A stretch of 64,000 nt of DNA, taken from the NCBI GenBank assembly GCA_964016885.1, contig OZ024761.1, forward strand, positions 10,664,001-10,728,000, in the 5' to 3' direction. How positions within the stretch are numbered: the first letter of the stretch is position 1; the number at the start of each line of letters is the position of its first letter. Position numbers and translations under genes: made by a program. The DNA comes from Eledone cirrhosa. Taxonomy: Eukaryota. The notes beneath the pieces were generated by a model, which was not told where the DNA came from, ran no database searches, and worked only from the letters and a program-made list of their open reading frames with translations. This document shows positions 12,581 through 26,700 of this stretch, piece by piece.

Positions 12581-15500
12581 GTTATATATGTAAAAGGTAA
12601 ACAGAAATAAGAACACAATCAGTACAGTATGTGGAAGGAATATATTAGGTTAACGCTTGAAATAGTAGGAAGAGGGTCTTAATGTTTCAGATGCTAGTCC
12701 TTCATCAAAAGAAAGAATAAGAAATAAAATAGATTGAAGGAACGGGCGGGGTGGAATTGGAAAAAATGTCTTTATATATACTGGTACACAGAGATAGTGG
12801 AGTGAGAGGGAGAAAGAGAGAGAGAAGCTTGCATGCTCTGATAGATGTGTAATATGTGAACGGCAAAGCATAAATGAACTGAGAGAGAAACTTGGCATAA
12901 GAGGAATGAAATGCTGTGTGCAGGAGAGGAAATTACATTGGTATGGACATGTGATACATATGAAGGATGACAGCTGCATAAAAAGGTACAGAGTGCTCAA
13001 AGTCGATGGAAGCATTGGAGTGGGGAGGCCCAGGAAGACTTGGGATGAGGTGATAAAAGCCGACCTTGTCTAATTGCACCTCTCAAAGGCAATGATACAG
13101 GACCGAGATCTCTGGCATTTTGCAGTAATACATAAGACTCAACTTCCCATGGACACAGGCTGAACCTGAAGCATATAGACGATATGCACCACATATATAT
13201 CTCCCATGAGGACAGGTCTAAGTATACATCCACTGAAGCCCCCTACCCACACTGTAAAGTGGTCATGATGGTGACACGGTAAAAAGCACCAAGTACCCAC
13301 TGTAAAGTGATCGTGTAGGTGTCACAGTAAAAAGCACCCAGTTCTCACTATAAATGAGGTTGGCGTTAGGAAGGGCATCCAGCTGTAGAAACCAAGCCTA
13401 AATGAGTTCTGTGTGACCTAGCATTGCCCACAACAGGACAACTCGTTTAACCCATGTTAGAGTTGAAGAATGGACGTAAAATGGAGATGATGATGATGAT
13501 GTTGATGAAGTTATGGCTTAGACAAAAAACAAGAAATAGTGTAAAAAAAAAATCAGAATTATACCTTTACCAATCCAGGATATTCTATTGAAGGTATTCC
13601 ATAATATTCCTCTTCACCATCATTATAAAACATAATAGGGAACACTTTGTGGTTTTGATAACCTACTGAAGTCTTCTGCTTATAATACCCAACTGTTATT
13701 CTCATTGTCTGAAACAAAATTTTTCATTGGAACTGAAATATTATCTCTAGATTTATACACACATACAATACACACACATATAGATGCATGCATACACATA
13801 TTTATACATCATACATACACACATGTACAATACACACACATATACATGTATACATATATACACACACGTGATTTGCATGAATGCAGTAGCAGTCTGACAA
13901 GATTCATTGAACAAACTTTTATCGAAGTGCTGGTTTAACCCTTTAGCATTTAAACTAGCTGTGTCCAGCCAGAATTCTATCACCTCTTTCTGTTCAAACC
14001 GGCCATAACTGGCTACTCATATTGATGTTAAGGTATTGTTCTCAAAATAAATAACATTAAAATCTCATAGATTCGATATTATGTGAGATAGTTATGTGAG
14101 GTAAAACCTTTATCATGAAAATACAATAGTAAATATAGAGTAATGTAAGTGCTAAAGGGTTAAAACATTATTAACAAACATTCATATTCTATCAGCAGTA
14201 AACACTAGCAATTTTGTAATTACAAGAAATTAATTAATATATAACAAACCTTCAGAGGAAACTCAATACCAAGTTGGTGGAAATAATTCTTGGCCCAAGA
14301 ACCGAGACACAAGACCACATTTTGTCCTTGGAATATCCCTTTTGATGTATTAACTCTTGTGGTATGACCAGGAACTACAGATAAAACTTGGGCTCCATCA
14401 ACTAGGGTGCCTCCTTTTTTCACAAACTGGTTCTGTAGAAACAAAAGGAAGTTACACAATTAAACCTTTTAATGAAAAACCACCCCTGGTTCTATAATAC
14501 AAAGCTGTTTATTTTAAAGTATTTATATTTATCTAAAAACCTTCCATAATAATTTTACATAACAGCCTTTGTTGAGTTATGTTCCAACCACCCCTGGTTC
14601 TATGATACAAAGCTGTTTATTTTGAAGTATTTATATTTATCTAAAAACCTTCCATAATAATTTTACATAACAGCCTTTGTAGAGTTATGTTCCAACCACC
14701 CCTGGTTCTATAATACAAAGCTGTTTATTTTGAACTATTGATATTTATCTAAAAACCTTCCATAATTTTATTCATAATTTTACACAACAGCCTTTGTTGA
14801 GTTATGTTCTAACCACCCCTGATTCTATGATACAAAGGTAAAGTTCCCCCTTTGGTGATGAATGACCATGGGATTTGCACCTAGAAAGTTCTCTGGTGCA
14901 CAAGTCCGGGCAAGGTTGTTTGTGGAAGACCGGCAGTCATCCATGCATACCAGTCTTTCCTCTCCACACCATTGATGTTGTCCAAGGGAAAGACAATGGC
15001 CAACACAGTTGATCACCAGTGGCGTCGCAACTTATTTTTACAGCTGGAGCAATGTGAAATAAAGTGTCTTGTTCAAGAACACAATGCAAAACCCGGTCTG
15101 AGAATTGAACTCACAACCTCATGATTGCAATCTCAACGCTCTAACAACTAAGCCATATGCCTTCACTCTCTGTTTATTTTAAAGTATTTCTTAATATATG
15201 GACTGTATCTGTAATTCAAAGGTCTAGTCTTGTCACTGTATAATGATGCCAGCTTTTATCGTGTTATGTTATTAAGTTTAGTTTGTAATAATGATTTCTA
15301 GTATAGGCACAAAGCCAGTAATTTGGAGGGAGGGGAAAGTTGATTAAATAAACCCCAGTGCGTGACTGGTACTTTATTTTATCGACCCTGTAAGGATGAA
15401 AGGCAAAGTTAACCTCGGCCGGATTTGAACTCAGACCATAAAGGGCCGTAACTTTATGCTGCAAAGCATGGTGTCCAACTCTCTACTGATACTGCCAATC

Positions 15501-16512
15501 CACTGCCCTCAGTTTACTTTGTAATAATGAGATCTACCTCACCCCCAACTGCCTCCCAGCCCACCCTCCAAAGAAGGGTCTCTGATTTAGGCACAATAAC
15601 AACAAATTTTTTGGGGGGGAGGGGAAATTCGTTTAAATCGACCCCAGTACGTTACTGGTACTTTATTTTATCGATCATATAAGGTTGAAAGCAATGCTAA
15701 CCTCGGTTGGATTTGCACTCAGACTGTAAAAGGCCATAACTCTATGCCGCGAAGCATGTTGTCTGACGCTCTACCGATTACTGCCAATCCACTGCCCTCC
15801 AAATAATTGTTTCTATTTTTGGCACAAGGCCAGCAATTACCCCAGTGCATTCCTGGTATTTTATTTTATCGACCCCGTAAAGATGAAAGGGAAAGCTAAC
15901 CTCGGCAGTATTTGAACTCAGAGTGTAAAGGGCTGTAACTCTATGCTGCAAAGCATGGCGTTCGAATAATAATAAACAAAAACATTTAAAAACTTCCTTT
16001 ACCTGATATACACTCAATGCTTTATCTGCTTGAAGACTCCCTGCTTCGGGATCTATGAGGGCTTTGGAACCTTCCGGAAGCCTTATATTAAACTTGTTAA
16101 GCAACTGTTCGTTTGAGAGATCTTCAAAGGGCAAGTTATGGGTAGTCAAATTCTTCCTTATTTTCTCAACAATAGGCTTCCGTTTGGTGTCCATGACAAG
16201 CAGGCTGTTTTTCCTAAATAACAGATTTATATGTTAGGTAATTCCAAAGAAAAAGAGTGCTCTATGTATAGAACATCTCTGTCTGATGAACGATCCACAT
16301 AGCTCTACATGGAGCTCTACTCTGTAGAGTTTTTATGTAGAGGTGTGTGTTTGTAGAGCTTACTTGTAGAGTTGAATCCCTGCATCACGTTCAAGCTGTT
16401 CCCACATTGGGTAGGCTTCTTTCATCATACTGGCAAATATTTCTTGAGTGTAGGCTTTTCTGATGATACGACTCTGTCCGTGGGAACTTCCTCTGGTGTG
16501 GGGCAGTGGGAA
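10373..16512 (-). CDS. PIPOX: PIPOX-like gene, copy B, coding exons 2-8 (16512-16364, 16213-16003, 14432-14250, 13708-13565, 11974-11825, 11549-11474, 10497-10373); exon 1 not located
   Basis: Translation includes [54 protein letters not shown] and [19 protein letters not shown]...DRFSRKSLL*. Exons 2-5 have the same sizes as in copy A. GT-AG junctions give an open frame of 345 codons. Confidence 0.92.
11044..11459. mobile_element. piggyBac-like MITE carrying an inserted CR1 3' fragment
   Basis: TTAA|ccctttagtattt ... aaatgctaaaggg|TTAA. Confidence 0.7.
12830..13145 (+). mobile_element. Degraded RTE LINE 3' fragment
   Basis: [34 protein letters not shown] is homologous to 17365-17470. Confidence 0.7.
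13939..14159. mobile_element. piggyBac-like MITE
   Basis: TTAA|ccctttagca ... tgctaaaggg|TTAA. Related copies lie at about 8855-9110 and 27960-28150. Confidence 0.7.
14480..14836. repeat. Tandem repeat of about 108 bp, x3, next to the PIPOX-B exon 4 acceptor
   Basis: ccacccctggttcta.atacaaagctgtttatttt...gagttatgttccaa is repeated. Confidence 0.85.
14836..15165 (-). mobile_element. tRNA-derived SINE (second family)
   Basis: The head matches that at 4660-4790 (atggcttagttgttagagcgttgagattgcaatcatgaggttgtgagttcaattctc); the body and tail differ. Confidence 0.65.
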
Positions 16513-16787
16513 CTGGAGTGAGAGAAAGAGTGAAAAAAAAAACCCCACAGAGAAGTGAATAGTCATATATGTATATATTATGTGTATATATACATTTATA
16601 ACAAAGAAGGTGTGGTAAGATACCAGGTGGACCATAATGCACCAGAGTACTCAATACCTAGGGTAGTAGAGTGGGTAATAGAAAAAGAGTCAGGACCCCG
16701 ACGGCTGACCTCCGGCCGTTTCAACAGTGTTCAGATCTAGCTGTGTGTATATATATATAAGTATATATATATATATATATATATATA

Positions 16788-17695
16788 GAGTAAATCTAGC
16801 TAAGACAAAAGTGTTGATGAGTAGAAAAGAGGACAAAACCCTGATTCCGTCAGGGAAATGGCCATGTTCGATATGCAGAAAAGGAACTGGCATAAATTCT
16901 ATAAAATGCACACAATGCAGGTCCTGGGTACACAAGAGATGTAGCGGGATAGCAGGCAAACTAACATGTAGGGAGAAATATGTATGCAGTAGATGTACAG
17001 GGAAATTAGACAGTAGAAGTCGCACTGATAGACACATTTTTTAAATGCGAGAGGGCGCTATAGAAGTGGTGGATAGCTTCCGGTACCTAGGAGATCAGAT
17101 TAGCATGGGAGGAGGGTGTTCCGAGGCCATAGTATCTAGAATAAGGACGGGTTGGAAGAAGTTTAGGGAGCTGCTTCCTCTGTTGACGAAGAAAGGTTTC
17201 TCCCTGCGTACGAAAGGCCGGTTGTATGATGCCTGTGTGAGGAGCGCGATGCTGCATGGTAGTGAGACATGGGCAGCAACCGCAGAAGATATGCGACGGC
17301 TGGAGAGAAATGAGGCAAGCATGCTCCGTTGGATGTGCAGTGTAAATGTGCGTGAACGACCCAGCATAAATGTGTTGAGAGAGAAACTGTGTCTGAGAGG
17401 GATAGAATGTAGTGTACGGGAGAGGAGACTGAGGTGGTATGGACATGTGATGCGCATGGAGGATGACCGATGGGTGAAGAAGTGCCAGGAAATGCCAGTT
17501 GAAGGAAGACGTGGTAGAGGTAGACCACGAAAAACATGGGCGGAGGTGGTGAGAACAGACCTCAGATCATTGAAGCTCACGGTGGAGATGACGAGGGACG
17601 AGGGACCGTGACGAGTGGAGAGATGCTGTGCTGAATAAGACCCGTCCACCCTTGCAAGCAGGGAAAAGCGGACGTAAAATGATGATGATGATGAT
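16788..17695 (+). mobile_element. 5'-truncated RTE-clade LINE with a PHD finger inside the RT C-terminal region
   Basis: VNLAKTKVL, then CSIC..CTQC..WVHKRC..CSRC, then IEVVDSFRYLG, LHGSETW, RRLRWYGHVMR and RGRGRPRKTW, followed by a (GAT)n tail. It starts directly after (TA)n. Confidence 0.88.
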
Positions 17696-17909
17696 ATATA
17701 TTATGTATGATATAGTAACCTTATATACATCTGAATATTTGTGTGAACCTCTATGATATCTGTTAGAACACGAAAAGTGTGAAACAACAGAATGTTCATT
17801 TTTCGTGTTCTAACATATATGCGTAACTTCTTCATAAATTTTCCGGGGATAGCCGTGGTGGTGGTGATCGTATGTCATTGGCTAATTTTCAACCAATCAG
17901 AGTAAGTGT

Positions 17910-17955
<46 letters not shown>

Positions 17956-18016
17956 TATTCCGCCTCTCTCTATATATATCTTACGCTTTCGCTTTACACT
18001 CCTCCCCTTCAATAAC

Positions 18017-18803
18017 ACATTTCCCCCTCTCTATATATCTCTTATACTGTTACACTTATATTTCCATTTATTTATTCCCCCCTCTCTCTATATCTCTTCC
18101 ACTGTTACTTACGCCTGTTTCTCTCTATCTGTTCCGTCTCTATATATATCTCTCTTACTCTTTCGCTTTGCACTCCTCCCCTTCAATACCATCTCTCCCC
18201 CTCTCTATATATTTGTTACTCTATCGCTGCACGCTCCTCTTCTTCAATATATCAATTACACACTTACGCTTTACACTCCTTTATCCCCAGCGCCCCTATA
18301 TATACACCCCCCTCCCCGCATCTATATTTTAATGTTCCGTTGCACCGTGAATATATGTGTCTATATATATATACATATATATTGTATATACACATTCATG
18401 TATGTGTATACACACTCATGTATGTATATACACTGGTTTTATGTGTGTATTGTAAATTTGTACTGTTAAAACACGAAACTAACATTCGATTAACACTTTG
18501 ATTACCTGTACAGGCAATAGTTATTAGAATGCTGTTGAAGTGTGTATATATTTTTGGTGAATCCGCGATAGTTGAACCGCCAAGTAGCGAGGTATCACTG
18601 TATATATGTTTAAATATATAGTGTAGCTGTGAAAACTGACTTTAAACGTGTTTCGGTTTACGAGCGCCGCGCCGGAACGAATTAAACTCGTAAACCGAGG
18701 TGCCACAGTATATATATATATATATATAAAATAAAAGAATTTATTCAGTTTTTGGACAATATAATTTTGACTGAGAACAAATGTGAAATTCTTAACTAGC
18801 ATC

Positions 18804-18845
<42 letters not shown>

Positions 18846-19432
18846 TATGAAACTTCTAGGTATGTCACGATGTATCTAACATTACGTTGACACTTTCCCC
18901 CTCTCTATATATCTCTTATACTGTTACACTTATATTTCCATTTATTTATTCCCCCCTCTCTCTATATCTCTTCCACTGTTACTTACGCCTGTTTCTCTCT
19001 ATCTGTTCCGTCTCTATATATATCTCTCTTACTCTTTCGCTTTGCACTCCTCCCCTTCAATACCATCTCTCCCCCTCTCTATATATTTGTTACTCTATCG
19101 CTGCACGCTCCTCTCCTTCAATATATCAATTACACACTTATGCTTTACACTCCTTTATCCCCAGCGCCCCTATATATACACCCCCCCCCCCCCGCATCTA
19201 TATTTTAATGTTCCGTTGCACCGTGAATATATGTGTCTATATATATATACATATATATTGTATATACACATTCATGTATGTGTATACACACTCATGTATG
19301 TATATACACTGGTTTTATGTGTGTATTGTAAATTTGTACTGTTAAAACACGAAACTAACATTCGATTGACACTTTGATTACCTGTACAGGCAATAGTTAT
19401 TAGAATGCTGTTGAAGTGTGTATATATTTTTG
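18017..19432. repeat. Near-identical direct repeat of about 540 bp (about 18017-18557 and 18891-19432)
   Basis: A CT-rich block followed by atgttccgttgcaccgtg...gaatgctgttgaagtgtgtatatatttttgg is present twice. Confidence 0.85.
18557..18710. mobile_element. Two Tigger/pogo-like MITE ends; the first, plus flank, is duplicated at 20720-20794
   Basis: gtgaatccgcgatagttgaaccgccaagtagcgaggtatcactg|TA and aaactcgtaaaccgaggtgccacag|TA. Confidence 0.55.
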
Positions 19433-20220
19433 GGGACATCCTGTATATACACACATTATATATAATACAATAAACAGATAAATACACACATATATATATG
19501 AGCTTATTTAATTATAAATATTGTGAATTTTTAACTCAGTTCAATTATATATATAAATGGCTTCTACAGGACTAGAACTGTTTCATTCGAAAGAAATCAT
19601 CATAATATTGAGAGGGGGGACGAGATAAAATATTTCAAATCAAATGTGTATAAGTTATAAGTTAAAATGTATAAATAGAGACGATAGTGGAGGTATATCT
19701 GTTTAGTGGAACAGTAGACGATAGAATTAAATACAGACGAGAATCTCCCTTTAATGAAACAGCAGACGATAGAATTAAGGCAATTTAAATTTTAAGCATT
19801 TGCATTTTTGCCTTTCATCGTTACGGGGTCGATAAAATAAAGTACCAGTAATACACTGTCACTATAAGTAGACGACTTTCAAATTGAATTGTTGGTTCCA
19901 TTTCTTTAGTATTTTCAATTGTAGTTATCTACTTAAAAAGCGTTACACGGTTAGAGACATAATTGGTAAGTTATATCTTCCCTATTAAACCATTGCATTA
20001 TTTCGCCTACAATAGAACAAAAATGAAATGTTCTTTAAAGAAACAGGAATATAACTTTATAAAAAAAAAAGTTGCATCCGCTTCTTTTATCATTGATAAT
20101 TTTTTCGTTTTAATATTAATTGTTTTTTGTAGTTGTTTATATTAAAAATCTTACTGTAATATTTACTTAAACGAAGGCAGACATCTAAACTTATAGATTA
20201 ATCTTGAGCGAAGGACTAGA

Positions 20221-20293
<73 letters not shown>

Positions 20294-20297
<4 letters not shown>

Positions 20298-20507
20298 GAA
20301 GAATGATAAAATTTCAAGCAAAGAGTTTAATTAGGTAATGACTTACAAATTTGTTTCAGTATATATTTAATATAATATTAATATATTTTGTAATATTATT
20401 AACTAATTATTATAATTAGCGCTTCAGGCTTTGTCTATATACTGAAACAAATTTGTAAGTCATTACCTAATTAAACTCTTTGCTTGAAATTTTATCACTC
20501 TTCGTTT
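20294..20507. repeat. Inverted repeat of about 72 bp containing the 3' half of a hammerhead-like motif
   Basis: 20294-20365 is the reverse complement of 20436-20507. It contains GAAA-CAAATTTG-TA (palindromic stem III), but no upstream CTGAnGA. Confidence 0.65.
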
Positions 20508-20790
20508 TGAATTTCTCCTAAGTATTCAATACTCTGTTGAGAAATACATTTTACATAAACAGTCTTTGTACCATTTATACGGTATTAATTACTTATATTT
20601 ATATATATATATATATATATATAGCGTATGATTAGAACTGTGTTTATTATTAATATTTTAATGGATTTAATGAAAAATTTTAGGTGTTCATATATATATT
20701 CTAAAAATGCGCGAAATCGTGAATCCGCGATAGTTGAACCGCCAAGTAGCGAGGTATCACTGTATATATGTTTAAATATATAGTGTAGCT

Positions 20791-23700
20791 GTGATGTATC
20801 TTGCGAGTGAATCGAGACCTGTCACTGATTTTGGTGTCCCCACTGCCGATGTGAATGAGCAACGCTGCACTTGTGAATTGGGTCTTGATGTTGCAGGCAG
20901 TTCATATACTTACAATGATGCGGTCCCACAAGCTTGTTCACATTCCTGTGCTAATAATCTAGATGGGCGTATTAAATTGGATGTGAAAGCAGCTTACCGG
21001 ATGCGGAATCGGGAGAAGTTGAGACAAAAACAGGCCGATTATAGAGCTGTGAATTTTGCTAAATTAACACAAAAACAGGCCAAGTATAGATGTTCAAAAC
21101 GGTATGAGTTGGCAAACAAGCAGGCCAAGTATAGATCTGCAAATTCAGCTATTATATCTCAAAAGCAAGCCGAGCGTAGAGCTTCTAAACGTACCGAGTT
21201 GGCTAAAGAGCAGACCAAGTACAGATCTGCAAATCAAGACAAAGTATTACAAACAAAGGCTATGTATAAAATTCACCATAAAGATAATATACAGTCTTAT
21301 GAGAAAACATACTATAAAAAAAAGTTTCTTCATAAGCGGTCTTTGTATCAAATGAAGAAACTAAATAAAATGGTTGACTTCCGGATGCAGCATCAGATCT
21401 TGATGTCCCAATTTGTTAAGTCATATAAAAAGACAATAACAGATACCAATCTTCGCAACGACGCACATAGTCACGTGCTGAGTGTGTTCTCCAGATCTGT
21501 TGGGATGCGAAATTTTGTGTGTGCTCAATTAAAAATAAATGTTAAAGCTGTGCATACATTGATGGAAAAGGTCAATGCTAACGGTTTGTTGCATTATTGG
21601 GGAAATCAACATTATCACAGTTCCACCAATGAGCTTCCTAATTTTGACAAGAGCACTGCAAAGTACATGAAAATGGATGAGTTTAAAAATCAGTCCGTTG
21701 AGAAAGTCCGAATAGTCGTTATCAATAATGAGGAGACGGACAACATTGTGAATGACATGGCTAATGCTGACGAGCAGAATGATGATAATGATGTGTCTAA
21801 ATGTTTGGTTAGACCTTGCGGGTCTTCCATATTAGATACATGTCCAAATGACTCAGCTGCTCGTCTAACTTTGTGCCAAAGAATTGATGATAAACTTCCA
21901 AAACTCAATCCCGATATGACAGTTGCTGAAATAAGGCAGTTGATCGAGAAATATGAGTTTTGCAATGTTACTCATGATAATGATCAGCACTGAATCGGTC
22001 AAACTGGCTGCACCAGTGAATTTGGCTTTTTAAAATCCATAGCAGTTCACTCGCCAAAGTTGCGCACATTGCTGAGGAAAATTTATAAAGTTCAGTCCTT
22101 ATGTATTTGGCTCAACAAGTACAATGAAGCTGTTTTCAATGGCGATTGGACCAACTTTGAGAATTTGACAGACGTTGCCAACATTGAGCGTGCTATTGCA
22201 GTTAAATTCAATAATATGTGCACTGGTTTCAATGATGTCGAACACACTGATGCAGATGTCATTCATAAATATGGTAATCAAGTTCAAAGATTTCAATCTG
22301 AAATTACCAACTATAAAATCCAACATTGTCATATCTGCAAACTGCGCAAATATAGCAAGGAACTAAAAGTTTGGGATAATTGGAACTCTAGATATTTTAA
22401 AACGGCCGTTGCAAAGGATGCAATAACTGCCAACTACTCTTTGCCTTGCACAGTCTGCACAACATGCACTACACATTTGCGCAACAGTGGGGTGCCTTCA
22501 ATGGCCTCAATAAATGGCTTGGGCGTTGCTGCCGTTCCCAAAGAACTTGCTGATCTTAATACATATGAGCGAATACTTGTACAACGGGCCAAATGTTTCG
22601 TCAATGTAATAAAACTGGTGCCATCCTCATTCAAAGGCAATATTTCAGCATGCATTTCCGCTATTAAAGGAATTGCAATTCACTTGCCTTTGCCTATGGA
22701 CGGAACTATTAACCGCACCATGGATACGTTACCTGCGCTTCAAGACGACATGCTTAAAATAGCTTGCCTTCGCGGAAACAAATTATCTGGCGTTCAATGG
22801 TAGACATGAGTAAAGTATTGAAGGCACTTGATTGGCTTGCAGCAAACAATGTAATGTATGCCGATGTTAAGATCAATCGCTACGCCGATACGGAAAATGA
22901 AAACATTGTTGAGTGCTCGGGAGTTAATAATGCCAAATTCGATAATCTTTTACTTAAATCGAATGCTGGCATTACCTATGAGCATCACACTGTTAAAGAC
23001 ATGAATCCGTGTCTCCCTGCAGACACTGACTTGGCCTTGTACAAAGTGAAAAGAGTGGAAGGCGATTTCATTGCAGACAATGATAAAAAACTTGAGTTGT
23101 TGTGCTTTCCTTGTCTTTATCCAACTGGTCAGTTTGGCATTTTCGTGGACAATAAACCGTTTGGCGCTGTAAAGCCATACATGTTCATAAGAAACAGACT
23201 GAATCATAGCGACTCTAGATTTCGGCGAGATATACAATATCTCATGTTTTGTCTTGATAAAGCCGACAAGAGAGGCATTGATTCTGGTATATATGCCATC
23301 GTGAAGACCACCAAAAACAGCCGCATGACTATAAGCGAGTTTAGAAGGCGGCTTCATGAAAATGACAGGCACCTAGAGGGCAATTTAAATATGATGATGG
23401 CCAATGTCCGTGGTTCCAAGCAGTTTTGGTCTAGAAAATGTTCAGACTTGATGGCTATGGACGAGAAATTTGGCCCAGCCCACTTGTTCTTAACTTTGTC
23501 TTGTGCAGAGTACTTTTGGCCTGATCTGAGAGAGTTCCTGGAAAAGTTGAATGCTGACATACCAGACATTTCTAGAAAACGCACCAATGAGTTGTGCGCG
23601 GATGACGTGGTGGCTGTTAGCGAACATTTTCACCATCGGTTCACCACCTTTATGAAAGAAGTTGTTAAACATACCAATTCTCCGTTTGGTATTGTCGAGC

Positions 23701-26700
23701 ACTTTTTTTGGAGGTTGGAATACCAAATGAGAGGTGCTCCGCATGTTCACATGAAATTATGGATTAAAGATGGCCCTATTATGGACAGAGACGACAAGTA
23801 TGCTATTCAGATGTTTATACAGTCCATGATCACATGTCGCATGCCGTCCAATGTAGAAAGCCCCGTTTTGTCAGACTTGGTGTTGCGTTTTCAACGACAT
23901 GTCTGTAGTGGATCCTGCAAAAGGCAAATATTTTCGAGTGGTCGTTTTTACACTCGATGCAGGTTTGGATTTCCTCGTCCTATCGGGAATTTCAATTTGC
24001 TTAGCGTCAACGAGTGTATAAAATCTCGACACAAAGGTAGAGCTGTCAAAAAGTTGTACAAGCTTGACAGACGACAAGGGGAAGAGTGCATCAATGACTA
24101 CAATCCTGTTGTTCTGTATGTCTGGAAAGCTAATGTCGATATCCAATACATCGGTGAAGATAGCATGATTCTAAACCGATATGTTACTAGTTATCAGACA
24201 AAGTCCGAAAAGACTGAAACTGAAGGTATTTGGGCTGAGATTGACAAGTCCAAGTCCATTTACTCCAGATACAAGAGTGTCGGACTTAAGCTGATGGGCA
24301 AGCGTGATACAGGTGCCTATGAGGCTGCAGACAAATTGCTTGGCCACCATTTTTATGGATGCTCTGAAAGCCTCATTTGGATTGGAGCCGATTTGCCTAG
24401 TTACCGATCCCACAGGTTCAGGCCTCAGTATGAACTGGATAAATTGAAACCGTATTCTACCGATCTTTATTACGAGAATATGGTCGAAAATTGGTATCCA
24501 AACAGGCCTGATTCGATGGAGCACATGTGTTTGTATGAACTTGCGAGTAAATACGAACATGTGAATCCAATTGGTAACAGCAATTTTGATGACGACTTCA
24601 GGTTGAGAAATAATCTTGGCTATTTCAAATCTGTGAAAGAGCGGATTGTGAAGTCGCCAAACATTAGATTGACTGCAGATACCTGTGAGCGCTATCACCA
24701 CAACCTGCTTATGCTCTTTAAACCTTGGCGAGACGAGGAAAAAGACTTGCTGGGAGGTTGTGAGACTTATAAAGAGTCTTTTGAACAGTGCGCAAACCAT
24801 TTATCTGAAATGGTCAGGTTCCAGAATGTGCGCAAACGTTTGGAGAATGCGCTGGAACAAGCCAAACATATTCCAAACGAACCTCAGTCTCATGATAATG
24901 ATGACCATTCTTGCGGTGATCACATGGAGGCGTTGGCAGTTGATGATGCTAATGTCGATTTGCCTTGCATGAGAGATGTCGCTGAGGATGCACTGAGGCA
25001 TAAAGAAAATAAACTGAATGAAGTGCAAAGAAAAATTTATGACGATATCGTTGCCGGTATTGACAAACAAGACAAACATTGGGACAACAGCAAACCTTAT
25101 CCGAGATGTAGTTGCGATGATTGTCCACAAGTCTTGAAATTTGTTTCAGGTGTTGGTGGCACGGGCAAGAGTTTTTTGATAAATGTACTGGCTGATAAAA
25201 TTCAGTACATGTATCCAAATGACAATGGCCCGAGCGTAGTGATATCGGCACCCACAGGAATGGCTGCTTTCCAACTCAACGGCATGACTGTTCATCAAAT
25301 GCTAAAGCTCAAAGTGCAGCACGGTAAAACTCCCGTGTACGATGATCTACCAAAGGACTTTTTGAAAATGCTGAGGATGGGGCTTCAATATGTCCGACTG
25401 ATCATAATCGATGAGATAATTGTTTTGTGACTTTGCCCAAGGCATTTCTCCTTTCGGGCGAATGAACATTGTTGTTTTTGGAGATTTGCTTCAATTACCG
25501 CCTGTTAGAGAAAAGCCGGTGTTTAACAAAGTTACTCACCAAGATGCACAAAGATCATGCATAGGCGTCAGCAGCCACCATTTGTGGAGGTACTTCAAGT
25601 ACGACAAGTTGACAGTCAACATGCGTCAGAAAGAAGACTTGGATAATTATGTTGACATGCTCGGCCGAATAAGGCTGGGTTCACCACTTGATTCAGATAT
25701 TGAAATTCTAAATAAGCATAGAATTGATCTCAACGGCAAAGCTTCCATTGATCAGGTTGCTTACAAAATGTGTGAGCTGATACAGACTTCTAATTTGAGT
25801 ATCGTCTGTATCATGCCTCTAAACGAGTCAGTAGAAAAGTTTAACGCTGCAATGCTCAATAAACTTGGCATTAATACCGTTGAACTTATGGCTATTGATT
25901 CGAATATGAGGCAAACCAAATGTCAAAAGAAAACAAAAAGAAAAAAGCTGACCACTAAAAAGACTTCTGATACTGCTGGCCTTGAAACTGTTCTTAAAGT
26001 TGGCGTTAATGCTCGAGTTATGCTTAAACGCAACATCGATCTTGAGAAAGGCTTGTGCAATGGTGCAATGGGAACTGTAAAGCAACTCAATTATGAGTTT
26101 GGAAAAATTACTTCCATTGACGTTCTCTTTGAGAGTACAAACCAAATTGTTGCCATCAAACGTGTCAAAGCCGATTACGAATTGTCTCCTAGTGTTTTTA
26201 TCACTAGAGAACAATATCCCTTGTGCATTGCATATGCAATTTCCATCCACAAATCACAGGGAATAAGTGTCGATGGAGTCGTTGTTGATTTGGGCACTGG
26301 CGTTTTTGCAGACGGTATGGCCTATGTAGCCTTGTCTAGAGCCCGCAAACTGTGCAATGTTTACTTGATTGATCTTGATCCAACGAGTTTGATCATGTGC
26401 GACTCTAGTGCTTGGAGAGAATACAATTATTTGAGAGAGACCATTAATATGGGACCGCTTCCATTGTGTAACGTGAGGCCCAACAGTATTGGACAGGCCA
26501 AAAAAGCAACTAAAAAAAGTAAATTTGCTATTAATATTGACAGTGGAATGGTCAACTTGGCGAATCCAAAAAAGGCCAGAACTGAGAAAACGGTTGCAAA
26601 GCCGTACATTTCGCTGATCAATGAGAGAAATGCTTGCTTTGTAAACAGCACCATGCAAGTTATACGCCAGCTGGTGTTGTTGGTTGAACACATTCAGTCC

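Noticed and set aside
12677-12713. Hammerhead-like motif on the minus strand (TTGATGA..GAAACATTA)
   Set aside because: The core C is mutated and stem III is not formed; at best a dead relic of a repeat also seen at 41720-41810.
20560-20590. ccatttatac match to PIPOX exon 1
   Set aside because: Only about 10 nt match, with no GxGxxG frame or splice donor.
21991-21993. In-frame TGA in the Helitron ORF as selenocysteine or programmed readthrough
   Set aside because: The element has two other frameshifts and I identified no SECIS, so a nonsense mutation is simpler. Conservation of the TGA across copies would reopen the question.
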